Shown here: in pieces, positions 9,019 to 18,723 of the stretch | Numbering within the stretch: position 1 is the stretch's first letter | Layout: the number at the start of each line of letters is the position of its first letter | Assembly (NCBI GenBank): GCA_963708075.1 | Contig: OY970194.1 | Coordinates: 5,216,001 to 5,280,000 of the forward strand | Source of the DNA: Sedimentisphaerales bacterium | Lineage (GTDB): Bacteria; Planctomycetota; Phycisphaerae; Sedimentisphaerales; Anaerobacaceae | Direction: 5' to 3' | DNA length: 64,000 nt | Translations under genes and position numbers: made by a program | Notes under the pieces: generated by a model | What the model was told of the DNA's origin: nothing | What the model saw: only the letters and a program-made list of their open reading frames with translations | Database searches by the model: none

Positions 9019-10173
9019 ATGGATGTCAAATCTCGCCTCACGTGTTCCGCCGTTATCGCATCGATCCTAATGCTGAGCGCGCCGCTGTTTGCTTCCGACG
9101 CCCCGCAGGCCCGCAAGGAACCTGGCGTCACGGCGTCGGTGTTCGGCAAGATGCCGGACGGCCGGGATGTGACGATCTTCGAGCTGACCAACGCCAACGG
9201 GCTTCGGGCGAGGGTGATGGAATACGGGGCGATCCTGGTCTCGCTGGAGGTGCCGGACCGCGAGGGCAAGCTGGGCGACATCGCGCTGGGTTTCGATGAC
9301 CTCGAATCCTATCTGAAGCGCAATCCCATGTTTGGCTCGACCGTCGGCCGCTACGCCAACCGCATTGCCAACGCCAGTTTCAGGCTTGACGGGGTCGAGT
9401 ATCAGATCACCAGGAACTCCGGCAAGAACCACATCCACGGCGGCAACGAGAAACGATTCGACCGCGTCCTCTGGACGGGCTATCCGTACAAGACCGACGC
9501 GGAGGCGGGCGTGCGATTCACGCACCTGAGCCTCGACGGCGAGGAGGGCTTCCCGGGCAATCTCGATTGCGTCGTGACGTACGCCCTGACGAACAGGAAC
9601 GAGCTGCGGATCACGTACTCGGCCACGACGGATAAACCCACCATTGTCAATCTCACGAATCACAGCTACTTCAATCTCGCCGGCGCGGGCAACGGCGACG
9701 TGCTCAATCACGAGATCACGATGACCGCCCCGTGGTACACGCCTGCCGGTGAGGGCCTGATTCCGACGGGCGAGATCCGGGTCGTAGCGGGCACGCCGCT
9801 CGATTTCACCACCCCGCACACGATCGGCGAGCGCATCGCCGAGCTGACCGACACCCGCGGGTACGACCACAACTATGTGCTCAAGGCTTTCTACGGCGAG
9901 CCCGCCCTGGCCGCCCGCGTGTATGAGCCGACGAGCGGCCGGGTCATGGAGGTCACCACCACCGAGCCCGGCGTCCAGCTCTACACCGCCAACGGCATGA
10001 AAAACGTCAAAGGGAAAGCCGGCAAGACCTACGACAACCACGCCGGCTTCTGCCTTGAAACGCAGCATTTCCCCGACTCGCCCAACAAGCCGCACTTCCC
10101 CTCCACAGTCCTGCGTCCCGGCCAGACCTATCTCACCACGACTGCATTCGCATTCACGACGAAAGCGCCGTGA
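9019..10173 (+). CDS. galM: Aldose 1-epimerase (mutarotase), exported
   Basis: GRYANRI, HIHGG, NLTNHSYFNL, GYDHNY, CLETQHFPDSPN; signal peptide. Confidence 0.95.
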   Translation: MDVKSRLTCSAVIASILMLSAPLFASDAPQARKEPGVTASVFGKMPDGRDVTIFELTNANGLRARVMEYGAILVSLEVPDREGKLGDIALGFDDLESYLKRNPMFGSTVGRYANRIANASFRLDGVEYQITRNSGKNHIHGGNEKRFDRVLWTGYPYKTDAEAGVRFTHLSLDGEEGFPGNLDCVVTYALTNRNELRITYSATTDKPTIVNLTNHSYFNLAGAGNGDVLNHEITMTAPWYTPAGEGLIPTGEIRVVAGTPLDFTTPHTIGERIAELTDTRGYDHNYVLKAFYGEPALAARVYEPTSGRVMEVTTTEPGVQLYTANGMKNVKGKAGKTYDNHAGFCLETQHFPDSPNKPHFPSTVLRPGQTYLTTTAFAFTTKAP

Positions 10174-10608
10174 AGACGGGACGATAAGGAAGTGGGAAGA
10201 TAGATAGCCCGCCGCTGTGCCTCACATGTGATTGCAGGTCACTCACCGAAAATGCGCTTCGCGGAAAGAAAGAGGCAACTTCCCTTTTTGTCTTGCGTAC
10301 TTCTCGCAGGGCCGACAGAATGGCCCTCGTACCAGCGCCGTGATGGAGTTGCGGCGAACAGGTCCAGGCCCCGTGTGGGCCGGACGCATGCGGCGAACTC
10401 GTGGTGTGGTGGAAGGCTCGCCGCGTTGCGGGAGATAAAAGGGGGACTCCCGCAGGCAAGGAGGAAACTATGGTTGTCCTCAGTATGCGGGAATCCCTGA
10501 GAATCCGACTGTCTTCATGGTAGGGGACAGAGTCTGCGCTTGAGGCACGTCTCTTGAACGCAGACAGAAGCTTCAAGGAAGAACCAATTTCTCGGAAAGG
10601 GTAGAACG

Positions 10609-12726
10609 ATGATGGGGAGAATAACAACTGCTGTCGTAGTAACCGCGTTTCTCTGTGGGCCTGTATGCGCTGCGAGCGTGACCTGGATCGATGGTATGGG
10701 CGTCGCGGCTCCGTCCGGATGGTCGATCAGTCCATCAAACCCATCCACGACGAATGCCATTACCTTCAAGGGGCCTACCGACAGATCGTATGGAAATAGC
10801 TGCAATGCCGAACAAACCTTCGGTGGCACGCCCTATCTGTCGATCAACAATTCCACGAAAACGATCGAGCTGAAGTTTCAAGGCCCGGCGCCCGCCATGT
10901 GCGTTTTGATTCTCAAGCCCGCCGTGGGTCTTCAAGGCGATTTCGGCCCCCTTACTGCCGGCGCCTGGACGTTCAAATGCACGCATACCCGCATTCCATT
11001 CCAGCTCAACTTCACAGTCGGCGGGGCAGGTGGCGGACATATCCTTCGTGTGGACAGGAATGCCCCGTTGACGATCTGGACGCCGGACGGCACTAGCTGG
11101 ACAAGGGCTTTTCCGAACCTGCACGACGGACTGGCAGCGGCGCAACCCGGGGACACGATCCGTGTGGCGGATGGCATCTACGTGCCGGACGACGGATCGG
11201 GTGTCACCGCCGGCGATCGCGCGGCTTCCTTTGCAGTTCCCGACAATGTGACGGTCTTGTGCGGCTATGCCGGTTATGGCGCCTCCAATCCGGATGCACG
11301 GGATGTCGATACATATCCCACGATCTTGAGCGGTGATTTGAAGAGCGACGATCTCTGGGGAATCCTGAACACCTCGGAAAACAGTTACCACGTGGTTTCC
11401 TCCTCCGGCGCAGGCACGCTCGATGGTGCGATCGTTACCGCCGGCAACGCCGACGGCTCGGGAGACGACGGTTGCGGCGGCGGTGTCTTCCTGAAGGCCT
11501 CGAGTCTCAGGATCAATGCCTGCAAGATTCGGGGCAACAAAGCGGATTTCGGCGCTGGCGTGGCATGCCTGGAAGGCATCGCGCCCGTCCTGATCAATAC
11601 GGAAATCACAGGCAACTGGGCGTGGATCTTCGGCGGCTGCCTGTACAACGATGACGCCAACATCGAATTGACCAACTGCCTGATCACCGGCAACACCGCC
11701 GGCAGCGCAGACATCCTCGGCGGCGATGCCATTCTCAACGCCATGGGCAGTCTCGACATCACCAACTGCACCATCACGGACAATCGGCCCGGTCACGGCG
11801 CTCCTGCCAATGGGAGAGCCATCGTCAGTCTTGTCTGGGGTCCGGGTTTTGTGGACACGATTTCCATCAAAAACAGCATCGTCAGAAACGGCGGCAGTGA
11901 GGTATGGTGCACCGAGCCGGGCATCGTCACTCTCTACTACAACAACCTCGAAGGGGGCAAGGGCAGCTTCAGCGGTGTCGGAAATATAGATAAGGATCCC
12001 CTCTTCAAGAATCCCGGAACCTTCGGCATAGAAGGTGGGTGGTTCTTTGACGATGACGGATACACCTTGCTGGCAGGCTCGCCCAGCATCAATGCCGGGA
12101 ATCAAGCCTACTTGCCCGCGGGCCTTTCGGTGGACCTCAACGGGAATGCCCGCGTTCAGGGCGGCCAGGTCGATCAAGGCGCTTACGAGGGGGTCGGACT
12201 GCCCCCGGCCGTGGTCCTGGTTCCCAATGTGTACAACCAAACACAGAGCACGGCACAATCCATGATCACGAGTGCCGGACTGGTGGTAGGGACGATCACC
12301 CAGGCATATAGCGACACCGTTGCTGCCGGACGAGTCATCAGCCAGAACCCCGCCGGCGGCTCAACCGCCAACGTCGGCTCCGCTGTGAATCTGACGATCT
12401 CGAAGGGACCGGCCCCCGGAGGGTCATGGGTGCTGGAGGAGACCTCGACTATCACGGCGACAATACCGAACCCACCTCCCAGTCACCCGATCAGCGTCGC
12501 CGGTGAAGGCTCATGGACGTTCTACGCCAGCGGGACCAAGGACTGGAAGATCGAGATTACCAGCGTCGCCGGCGTAGGCGGCACCTGGACCGTGAACCCG
12601 TCCACCGGCACAGTTCCTTCCGGCTCGCATACCATCAACTTCACGATGGACGGTACGAACCTCGACATCAGTTGGATGTCCCCGGGAGACCGGAAGATCG
12701 CGGACATCAAGTTCTATACCCGGTGA
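10609..12726 (+). CDS. Secreted beta-helix (pectin-lyase fold, choice-of-anchor-Q-like) protein with PASTA domain
   Basis: Signal peptide; SWTRAF..L..GL, TILSGD, GGG/NCLITGN repeats, SPSINAG..DLNGNARV..VDQGAYE, PASTA VPNV..VISQNP. Confidence 0.8.
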   Translation: MMGRITTAVVVTAFLCGPVCAASVTWIDGMGVAAPSGWSISPSNPSTTNAITFKGPTDRSYGNSCNAEQTFGGTPYLSINNSTKTIELKFQGPAPAMCVLILKPAVGLQGDFGPLTAGAWTFKCTHTRIPFQLNFTVGGAGGGHILRVDRNAPLTIWTPDGTSWTRAFPNLHDGLAAAQPGDTIRVADGIYVPDDGSGVTAGDRAASFAVPDNVTVLCGYAGYGASNPDARDVDTYPTILSGDLKSDDLWGILNTSENSYHVVSSSGAGTLDGAIVTAGNADGSGDDGCGGGVFLKASSLRINACKIRGNKADFGAGVACLEGIAPVLINTEITGNWAWIFGGCLYNDDANIELTNCLITGNTAGSADILGGDAILNAMGSLDITNCTITDNRPGHGAPANGRAIVSLVWGPGFVDTISIKNSIVRNGGSEVWCTEPGIVTLYYNNLEGGKGSFSGVGNIDKDPLFKNPGTFGIEGGWFFDDDGYTLLAGSPSINAGNQAYLPAGLSVDLNGNARVQGGQVDQGAYEGVGLPPAVVLVPNVYNQTQSTAQSMITSAGLVVGTITQAYSDTVAAGRVISQNPAGGSTANVGSAVNLTISKGPAPGGSWVLEETSTITATIPNPPPSHPISVAGEGSWTFYASGTKDWKIEITSVAGVGGTWTVNPSTGTVPSGSHTINFTMDGTNLDISWMSPGDRKIADIKFYTR

Positions 12727-12764
12727 GAGGGTAAGTCGAGTTCTGCAAAATGCAAGTCGGGCTC

Positions 12765-12811
12765 ACTTCAGGAAGGAAGAATCGTCCCTTTCGATGCTTC
12801 CTTCCTGAAGT
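12765..12811. terminator. Hairpin downstream of the 10609 gene
   Basis: 15-bp perfect inverted repeat ACTTCAGGAAGGAAG / CTTCCTTCCTGAAGT; no clear U-tract. Confidence 0.5.
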
Positions 12812-13065
12812 CCATTGAGAACCTGCCGCCTGCCAAGCCGGAAAAAGTGAGAAAAAGTCACTTTTTTATGGAACACTTGGGCCGCAAAGTAGACCTATTA
12901 TCGTACACGCAGGGTACATCGTGTGCGCACGGCCTGCTTTGGCTCGATAGTCGCCGGCGAAAGGAGGTGATCGGACGACAGGTGGCGGAGGCGATTCGAA
13001 GCGGGCCGGGTGCGGTGCGTGAGTGTCTGGAATGAGCGAGAAATTGGGAAAAATGGAGGTGAAAA

Positions 13066-13635
13066 ATGACACGCAAGTATTCCTGGTCCATCATTCTATC
13101 GTGCGGCATCGTTCTCATGGCATTCCTATTGATGGGGCAAGCCCGGCTCCTGGGCCAGAAAGCGGCTGCCGGGGTGGTTTCCTTCGCCGCTTCCGATTCC
13201 TACGTCTATCGGCTGGAGATCGACGGCCTGCCGCCGGAAGTGTACGGCGAGTGCTCGGGCCTGGGCTCCAGCAGCGACGTCGAGGAGCAGAAGACCCTCA
13301 ACGGTCAGAGCGGCGTCGTCTGGCGCACGACTCCCGGGGCCCTGCGATGGGATCACATCACGCTCAAGCGCGATTCTGTCATCAGCATGCAGATCTGGGA
13401 TTGGCGCAGGAGCATCGAGCAGGGTCAGTTTCCCATGGCCTTCCGGAGCGGCTCGATCGTCATGATCGGGTCGAATTCGTCGCAGGAGTACGCCCGATGG
13501 ACCTTCCACAACGGCTGGCCCGCCCGGCTGAACTTCAATGAGGGCGTGGAAGAGCTGGTCATCGTCCACGACGGCCTGACGCTCGTCACTGCTCCCAGCA
13601 CCAGCGGCGGCACGATCGGGACCAAGAAACGCTAG
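13066..13635 (+). CDS. T4 gp19/eCIS tail-tube-like protein with N-terminal signal peptide
   Basis: YRLEIDG..ECSGL..PG..W..ITLKR..WDWR..RSGSIVM..ARWTF..GWP..EELVIVHDGL matches the gp19-like tube pattern; preceded by MTRK plus a hydrophobic stretch. Confidence 0.75.
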   Translation: MTRKYSWSIILSCGIVLMAFLLMGQARLLGQKAAAGVVSFAASDSYVYRLEIDGLPPEVYGECSGLGSSSDVEEQKTLNGQSGVVWRTTPGALRWDHITLKRDSVISMQIWDWRRSIEQGQFPMAFRSGSIVMIGSNSSQEYARWTFHNGWPARLNFNEGVEELVIVHDGLTLVTAPSTSGGTIGTKKR

Positions 13636-16287
13636 CTATCGGCTCCGGGCCCAGGCGTCGAGACTGAAGACGAAGAAATCGGCACTGCCGACGGGCGGGA
13701 ACGTCTGGCCGACCATGTGGACGAGATTGCCCACGAAGGTGAGCGTCAGCTCGACATCGCTGCCGTCGGCCATCTTGCCGGTGAACTCGATGGATTGATC
13801 TTCGCCGACGGTCCCGGCCAGAGCGGTCATGTTGAACACCTCGTTCGGATCCAGCGTCCGCGGGGACAGACCATCATCCGCGGCCACGGCGTCCACGTGC
13901 GAGAGCAAGGCCGCGCCGCCATTGAAGTCGATGGTCAGTTGGAATTGTCCCTCGATGCGATAGGGCCAGTGGACGCCCGCGAAGCCGCCGGTCTGAAGGA
14001 TCGTGCTCTGCTCGGGCAGGAACGTGTATTGGCCCGTGCCGGAGGCGGGGCCGGACTCCGACTTGCCGGCCTCCGGTGTGTTGCCGAAGGCGCCCATATT
14101 GACCCGCCCGCCATTGGGGAATGGCTCGAAGAACACGGGGCTGTTCGGATCGCCCGCGTCGATGCACGGACTGGTCGTGCTGTCGTTCATCCATTTGCCG
14201 GCTGTCGGGTTCCAGCGGCCGAATTGCGACTTGAGGTGGAAGTCGAATTTCTTCGCATCGGCGAAGAGTGGGTCGGCGACGAGATTGCCTTGGCCCCAGG
14301 TGACGGTGGAGTACTTGCCGGAGACGGAAATACCAGTCTGGCCGCCCTGGATGTCGCAGTAGTTGATCGTCACGTGGGAGCCGCGGTCCTTGACCGTCGT
14401 GTTCGAGGTGTCGGCCAGCGTGATGGACTGCGTGCAGCCCCAGATGATGCAGTTGGTGATCGTGGCGGTGCCTCCGCCCGGATTGAGGCGGTAGGGGGCG
14501 TCCCAGCGTCCCAAGTCAAACAGCCGGATGCCCCGGCCGCAATTGACGATCGTGTTATTGATCAGCGTCGCGCTGCATGAGTTTTCCACGGCGATGCCGC
14601 CGGCGGAGCAGCCGATGATCAGGTTGTTCATCACCACCGGCGAGCCCTTGTCCCGCAGGACCATGCCGTGGTCGTTGCTGCCCATGATCACGTTGTCCGT
14701 GATGATCGCCGAGCAGCGGGTGGGATTGATCCGGTCGTCGTATTCGGGCAGATCGAACAGGTTGCGGCGGATGACGCAGGGCGGCGTGCTCTCGCCCCAC
14801 AGGTCGATGTCGTCATTGTCGCCCCGCTTATCCTGAAAGTAGCAGTCCTCGACGAGCATGTAGGCGAAACGCGCGTGAATGCTCTGGCCGACGCCGAGGA
14901 AACGGCAGCCGGCGATGTAAGCGCTGGCCTCACCCGGATGGTCCTGATCGTCGGAGAAGATCGCGATGGCGTCGCCCTCGGCGTGCGCATCGTCACTCGG
15001 CATTTTCTGGAAGGTGCAGTTCTTGAAGTCAAGGTGACAGGCCAAGGCGACGATGGCCTCATGGTAGTTCCGGGGCCCGGGCTCGTAGTAGTCCTGGTGG
15101 TCGCCCTCGCTATCGGCGTACTCGAAGGTGCACCAGACGAAATTGCTGTCGGCGGCCTCGACGAACTTGATCTGCTTCCAGGTGTTCCCGGCGGCGAACC
15201 GGGTGAAGCGGATCGGCAGCTCTTCGGTCCCCTCGGCCAGGAGCTGTCCGGCGACGATGATGGAGACGCCTTTGTTCATCTGCAGGGTCGCCCCCGGCAG
15301 GATCTTCAAGACGCGGCCGGCCGGCACGGTGACGGTGCTCTCGACGATATAACGACCCGCGAGGGTCACATCCTTCTTCAGCTCGCCCCCGATGCGGTTC
15401 TCCTCCGGCTCGGCAGGAGGAGGATTCTGAATGGTGCCGATATAGACGATCTTGATCGAGCCGTAATCGACTTCCGTTCCGCCGACATTGAAGGCGTGCG
15501 CGGCGATGCTGTTCTCGCCGGGCATCAATGCGACGGTTTTCGACCAGGAACCGGTAACGGGGTCGAAGTCCGCGGGTTCGCCATCGACCATTACCGTCGC
15601 GGCCCCGGACCCGGAGGTGCGGCCGGTGATCGTGACCATCATCGTGGTCACGTAGTACGTCTGGCCCGAGTAGCCGGCGGCCGGCATCATGCGGAGAGCC
15701 GGGATCAGCGTGAAGTCGCTGCTGCCAGGATCGACGTTATGCCCCTCGATGGCGAGGACATTCCTACCCTCGATGAGCAGATCGCTGGCGGCGCCCAGGG
15801 CAAAGGTCTCCGGCAGGGCGGCCTCGTGGGAGGGAGACGCCGAGGTCTCATAGGTGACAGCGCCCGAGGGCATGGCGGCCCGCGCCACCTCCTTGCCGTT
15901 CAGGTACGCGATGAAGCCATCATCGTACTCCACGATCAGTTCCACGTTCCTGTCGTCCGGTGCCGAGTCTACGTTAAACGCCTTGCGGATGTACACGGTC
16001 TTGTAGCTGCCCTTCATGTCCGACAGGATCGTGGCATCATCGTTGTCGTCATAGCCGAAGCCGCTGGGCCCGCTCTCCCATTTGGAATCGTCAAAGTCCA
16101 TCGCCTTCCAGGCGTCGGCCGGGGTGCTCGGCGCGGTCTTGCCCCGGAAGAAGGCCCAGGAATCGCCGGGAGCGATAAACTCCGTGGTCTCGTCGCCCAA
16201 TTGGATCGTCATCGACCAGGCGGAGCCGCAAAGGATCGCCGACAGAATGGAACAGACGAGTACGAGCCTCGTGCAGGAACGTGCCAT
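13636..16287 (-). CDS. Secreted multidomain right-handed beta-helix protein
   Basis: Signal peptide; FDDSKW..GFGY..YDDGFIAYLNGKEV domain, parallel beta-helix repeats, SPCIDAGDP..GGRVNMGAFG. Confidence 0.8.
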   Translation of the reverse strand: MARSCTRLVLVCSILSAILCGSAWSMTIQLGDETTEFIAPGDSWAFFRGKTAPSTPADAWKAMDFDDSKWESGPSGFGYDDNDDATILSDMKGSYKTVYIRKAFNVDSAPDDRNVELIVEYDDGFIAYLNGKEVARAAMPSGAVTYETSASPSHEAALPETFALGAASDLLIEGRNVLAIEGHNVDPGSSDFTLIPALRMMPAAGYSGQTYYVTTMMVTITGRTSGSGAATVMVDGEPADFDPVTGSWSKTVALMPGENSIAAHAFNVGGTEVDYGSIKIVYIGTIQNPPPAEPEENRIGGELKKDVTLAGRYIVESTVTVPAGRVLKILPGATLQMNKGVSIIVAGQLLAEGTEELPIRFTRFAAGNTWKQIKFVEAADSNFVWCTFEYADSEGDHQDYYEPGPRNYHEAIVALACHLDFKNCTFQKMPSDDAHAEGDAIAIFSDDQDHPGEASAYIAGCRFLGVGQSIHARFAYMLVEDCYFQDKRGDNDDIDLWGESTPPCVIRRNLFDLPEYDDRINPTRCSAIITDNVIMGSNDHGMVLRDKGSPVVMNNLIIGCSAGGIAVENSCSATLINNTIVNCGRGIRLFDLGRWDAPYRLNPGGGTATITNCIIWGCTQSITLADTSNTTVKDRGSHVTINYCDIQGGQTGISVSGKYSTVTWGQGNLVADPLFADAKKFDFHLKSQFGRWNPTAGKWMNDSTTSPCIDAGDPNSPVFFEPFPNGGRVNMGAFGNTPEAGKSESGPASGTGQYTFLPEQSTILQTGGFAGVHWPYRIEGQFQLTIDFNGGAALLSHVDAVAADDGLSPRTLDPNEVFNMTALAGTVGEDQSIEFTGKMADGSDVELTLTFVGNLVHMVGQTFPPVGSADFFVFSLDAWARSR

Positions 16288-16393
16288 AGGAGTGTCCTCC
16301 GATAATCCAGTTCACCCGAAAAACGGCAACAATCCGTATTATACCACAAATGACGGCCCCCGCGATGACAAAAATGCCTCTGGCTGCCGGTGG

Positions 16394-16574
16394 GGGTGCG
16401 GTCGGCATTCGGTGGCGGATTCGGGGCTCCGCGTAGGACGAGCGTCCTCGCTCGTCCTCTTTCGGCTGTGGCCTTGTACAGTATCCAGTCCGTTGCAAGG
16501 GCCCAGACTGGTCGTGCGGGGACGCACGACCTACGAAGAGGCTCGCCGACTGCCACCGTATTCCGACCACACCC
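16394..16574. mobile_element. MITE-like element, short copy 3, carrying a GTAG-type REP doublet
   Basis: Same ends as 1563-2030; flanked by direct repeat TGCCGGTGG (16385-16393 and 16575-16583). Confidence 0.8.
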
Positions 16575-16657
16575 TGCCGGTGGGAGGCAAAGGAAAGGCC
16601 CCGGACGGGGCTGCTTTACCCGGTCCGGGGCCTTCTGTATCTCGATCGATGGTTGGA

Positions 16658-18622
16658 TCACTGACCCTGGTTTCTCGCTCGTCGCAGGAGGGCCCTGGCC
16701 CGGTTGCTGAGTTCATCGTTTCCTGCCATCTGGGTCACTTTCTCCAGCGGCTCGATGAGGGCAGTGGTGTCCTTCTGGCCGCGTCCCCGGAGAAACTTCT
16801 CGGCGATGCCGACAATGGCCAGGGCCGCTTCCTGCCGCACGGCGACGTCATCGAGGTAAGGAGTGATCAGTGGCACCGCCTGGGGCGAGCCGGTGCCGCT
16901 CAGCGTGCTGAGCAGCAGCCGCTTTTCACCCTCATTCTGGACGATGCCGGCGGCCTGACGGGCCATGTCCAGCCGCTGCTCGATAGGGACATCGCCGCGG
17001 GCGGCCAGACCCAGGTAGCCGCGAAGGAACAGCGTTCGGTCGCTCGGACTCTTCGCCTCCCTGGCCAGGGCCAGCAGGTGCGGGGCAGCATCAACGCTCT
17101 TCCACGTGCTCAGCGCGCGGATGGCGGCGGCACGAACGTCGGCGTCGCTGCTGTCGACTGACGCGTGTACAGCCTTCAGCGCCTCCGGCCCTCCGACGAC
17201 AGCGAGCACACGAAGCAGGATCGCCTTCTGAGGCGGCCTGGCCTTATCCAGACTGGCGATGAGCTTGCCGGCCACGGCCTGCGAGTCCGCGGCCTTCGTG
17301 CACGCGGTCATCAGGGCCTGTTCGACGGCGGCCAAGTCCTCCTGTTTCTCAGACTGTGCCAGCAGCTCAAGCAGGGCGGGTACTTGCTCAGCGCCGGCCA
17401 TCTCGCCGGCCATTCGCGTGGCGGCCTGCCGGACCTTCGGATCGTTATCGCGAGTCGCTTTGAGCAGTGCAGGCACGCTCGACACCATGCGCCGTCGCCC
17501 GATCATGTCGAGAGCCGTGAGCCGCTTCTCCGTATTGTCGCTGTTGAACATCGCCATAATGGCGGCGTCGGCCTCTTTACCGGGCAGGGCGGCGAGACTC
17601 TCCTGCGCGATCGCGGCCATCTCCTTGTCCGGATCGTCGAGCAACTGGACCAGCACGGGCACGGCGGAGGCATCGCCGATCTCGGTCGCTGCACGTACCG
17701 CCGCCACGCGAACGGGCATCAGTCCGCTCCGGGCTGCCGCCAACAGTGGGGGCATCGCCCCTTTGTCGCCGCGCAGTCCCAGGGCCTGGATCACGAGGAT
17801 CTGATTGTCCGCGGGCAGACCCTTCATTGCATCGAGCAGCGCCTTCGTGGCTTCGGCGCCAGGGATCGCCTGCGAGGTCTGCACAGCGGTGGAGAACAGG
17901 ATGTAGTCGTTGTTGCGCAGGTGCTCCTCCAGCAGCGCCAGACCCTCATTGTCGCGGGCGAGGATCGCGCCTCGCAAAGCGCCGGCGCGGACCTGGTGGG
18001 GACCGTCGAGCTTACGCAACTCGTCGTAGATGGTGACGGCCTGTCCCTTCTGCCCGTCGGCGGCGAGTCTTTCGGCGCAGCGGAGCAGTCCTTCGCAGAC
18101 ATCGAGCCGTCTGTCAGCGGCGGCACTGGGCAGCACCTGCTGCAGGGCCTTGGCGGCCTCAGCGTTTCCGATGCTGCCTGTGGCTCTTGCCGCGGCTCGG
18201 GCGACCACGGCGTCGGAGTCGCTCAGCAACTTGGCCAGAGCGGGAACGGCTTTCGCGTCACGGCGGACGCCGACGCTGGTGATGACGCCGACGAGCGGCC
18301 GGCCCTTGAGCTTGCCCAGCGCGTCGCGCAGGGCCTCATCGACCGCCGGGTCCGGGTTGCGCTCCAGGGCGTAGCGGGCGTTGTGGGAGAGTCTCTCATC
18401 GCCGAGCAGGGCGGCCAGCGGCGCGATCGAATCCTTGCCGCCGATGATGGCCAGTTGCCGACAAGCGTCGACCTTATCTTTCAGAGGCGCATCCTGCGCC
18501 TTCAACACGGCGATCAGCTTCGGCTCATCCTGCTTCGGCGCGACGGTTTGTGCGAATGTCTGCACCGCGCAGGCGAGCAGCAATACGACAATCGGGATCG
18601 TGTATAATCTTGACTTCAACAT
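16658..18622 (-). CDS. Secreted HEAT-repeat protein
   Basis: Start MLKSRL after GAGGAG; signal peptide; repeated VR.AA..AL helices; follows a Gfo/Idh/MocA gene. Confidence 0.85.
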   Translation of the reverse strand: MLKSRLYTIPIVVLLLACAVQTFAQTVAPKQDEPKLIAVLKAQDAPLKDKVDACRQLAIIGGKDSIAPLAALLGDERLSHNARYALERNPDPAVDEALRDALGKLKGRPLVGVITSVGVRRDAKAVPALAKLLSDSDAVVARAAARATGSIGNAEAAKALQQVLPSAAADRRLDVCEGLLRCAERLAADGQKGQAVTIYDELRKLDGPHQVRAGALRGAILARDNEGLALLEEHLRNNDYILFSTAVQTSQAIPGAEATKALLDAMKGLPADNQILVIQALGLRGDKGAMPPLLAAARSGLMPVRVAAVRAATEIGDASAVPVLVQLLDDPDKEMAAIAQESLAALPGKEADAAIMAMFNSDNTEKRLTALDMIGRRRMVSSVPALLKATRDNDPKVRQAATRMAGEMAGAEQVPALLELLAQSEKQEDLAAVEQALMTACTKAADSQAVAGKLIASLDKARPPQKAILLRVLAVVGGPEALKAVHASVDSSDADVRAAAIRALSTWKSVDAAPHLLALAREAKSPSDRTLFLRGYLGLAARGDVPIEQRLDMARQAAGIVQNEGEKRLLLSTLSGTGSPQAVPLITPYLDDVAVRQEAALAIVGIAEKFLRGRGQKDTTALIEPLEKVTQMAGNDELSNRARALLRRARNQGQ

Positions 18623-18723
18623 GGCAAACTCCTCAAACGAGTTCGCAGTCCCCAGTGGTCGGTTCCCGGTGGGCCATTTCTCCCACAAGCTCCGACAACT
18701 GACAACCGCCAACTGACAACTGG

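Noticed and set aside
13066..16287. Prophage or complete contractile injection system
   Set aside because: No other phage or CIS genes, integrase or att sites recognised.
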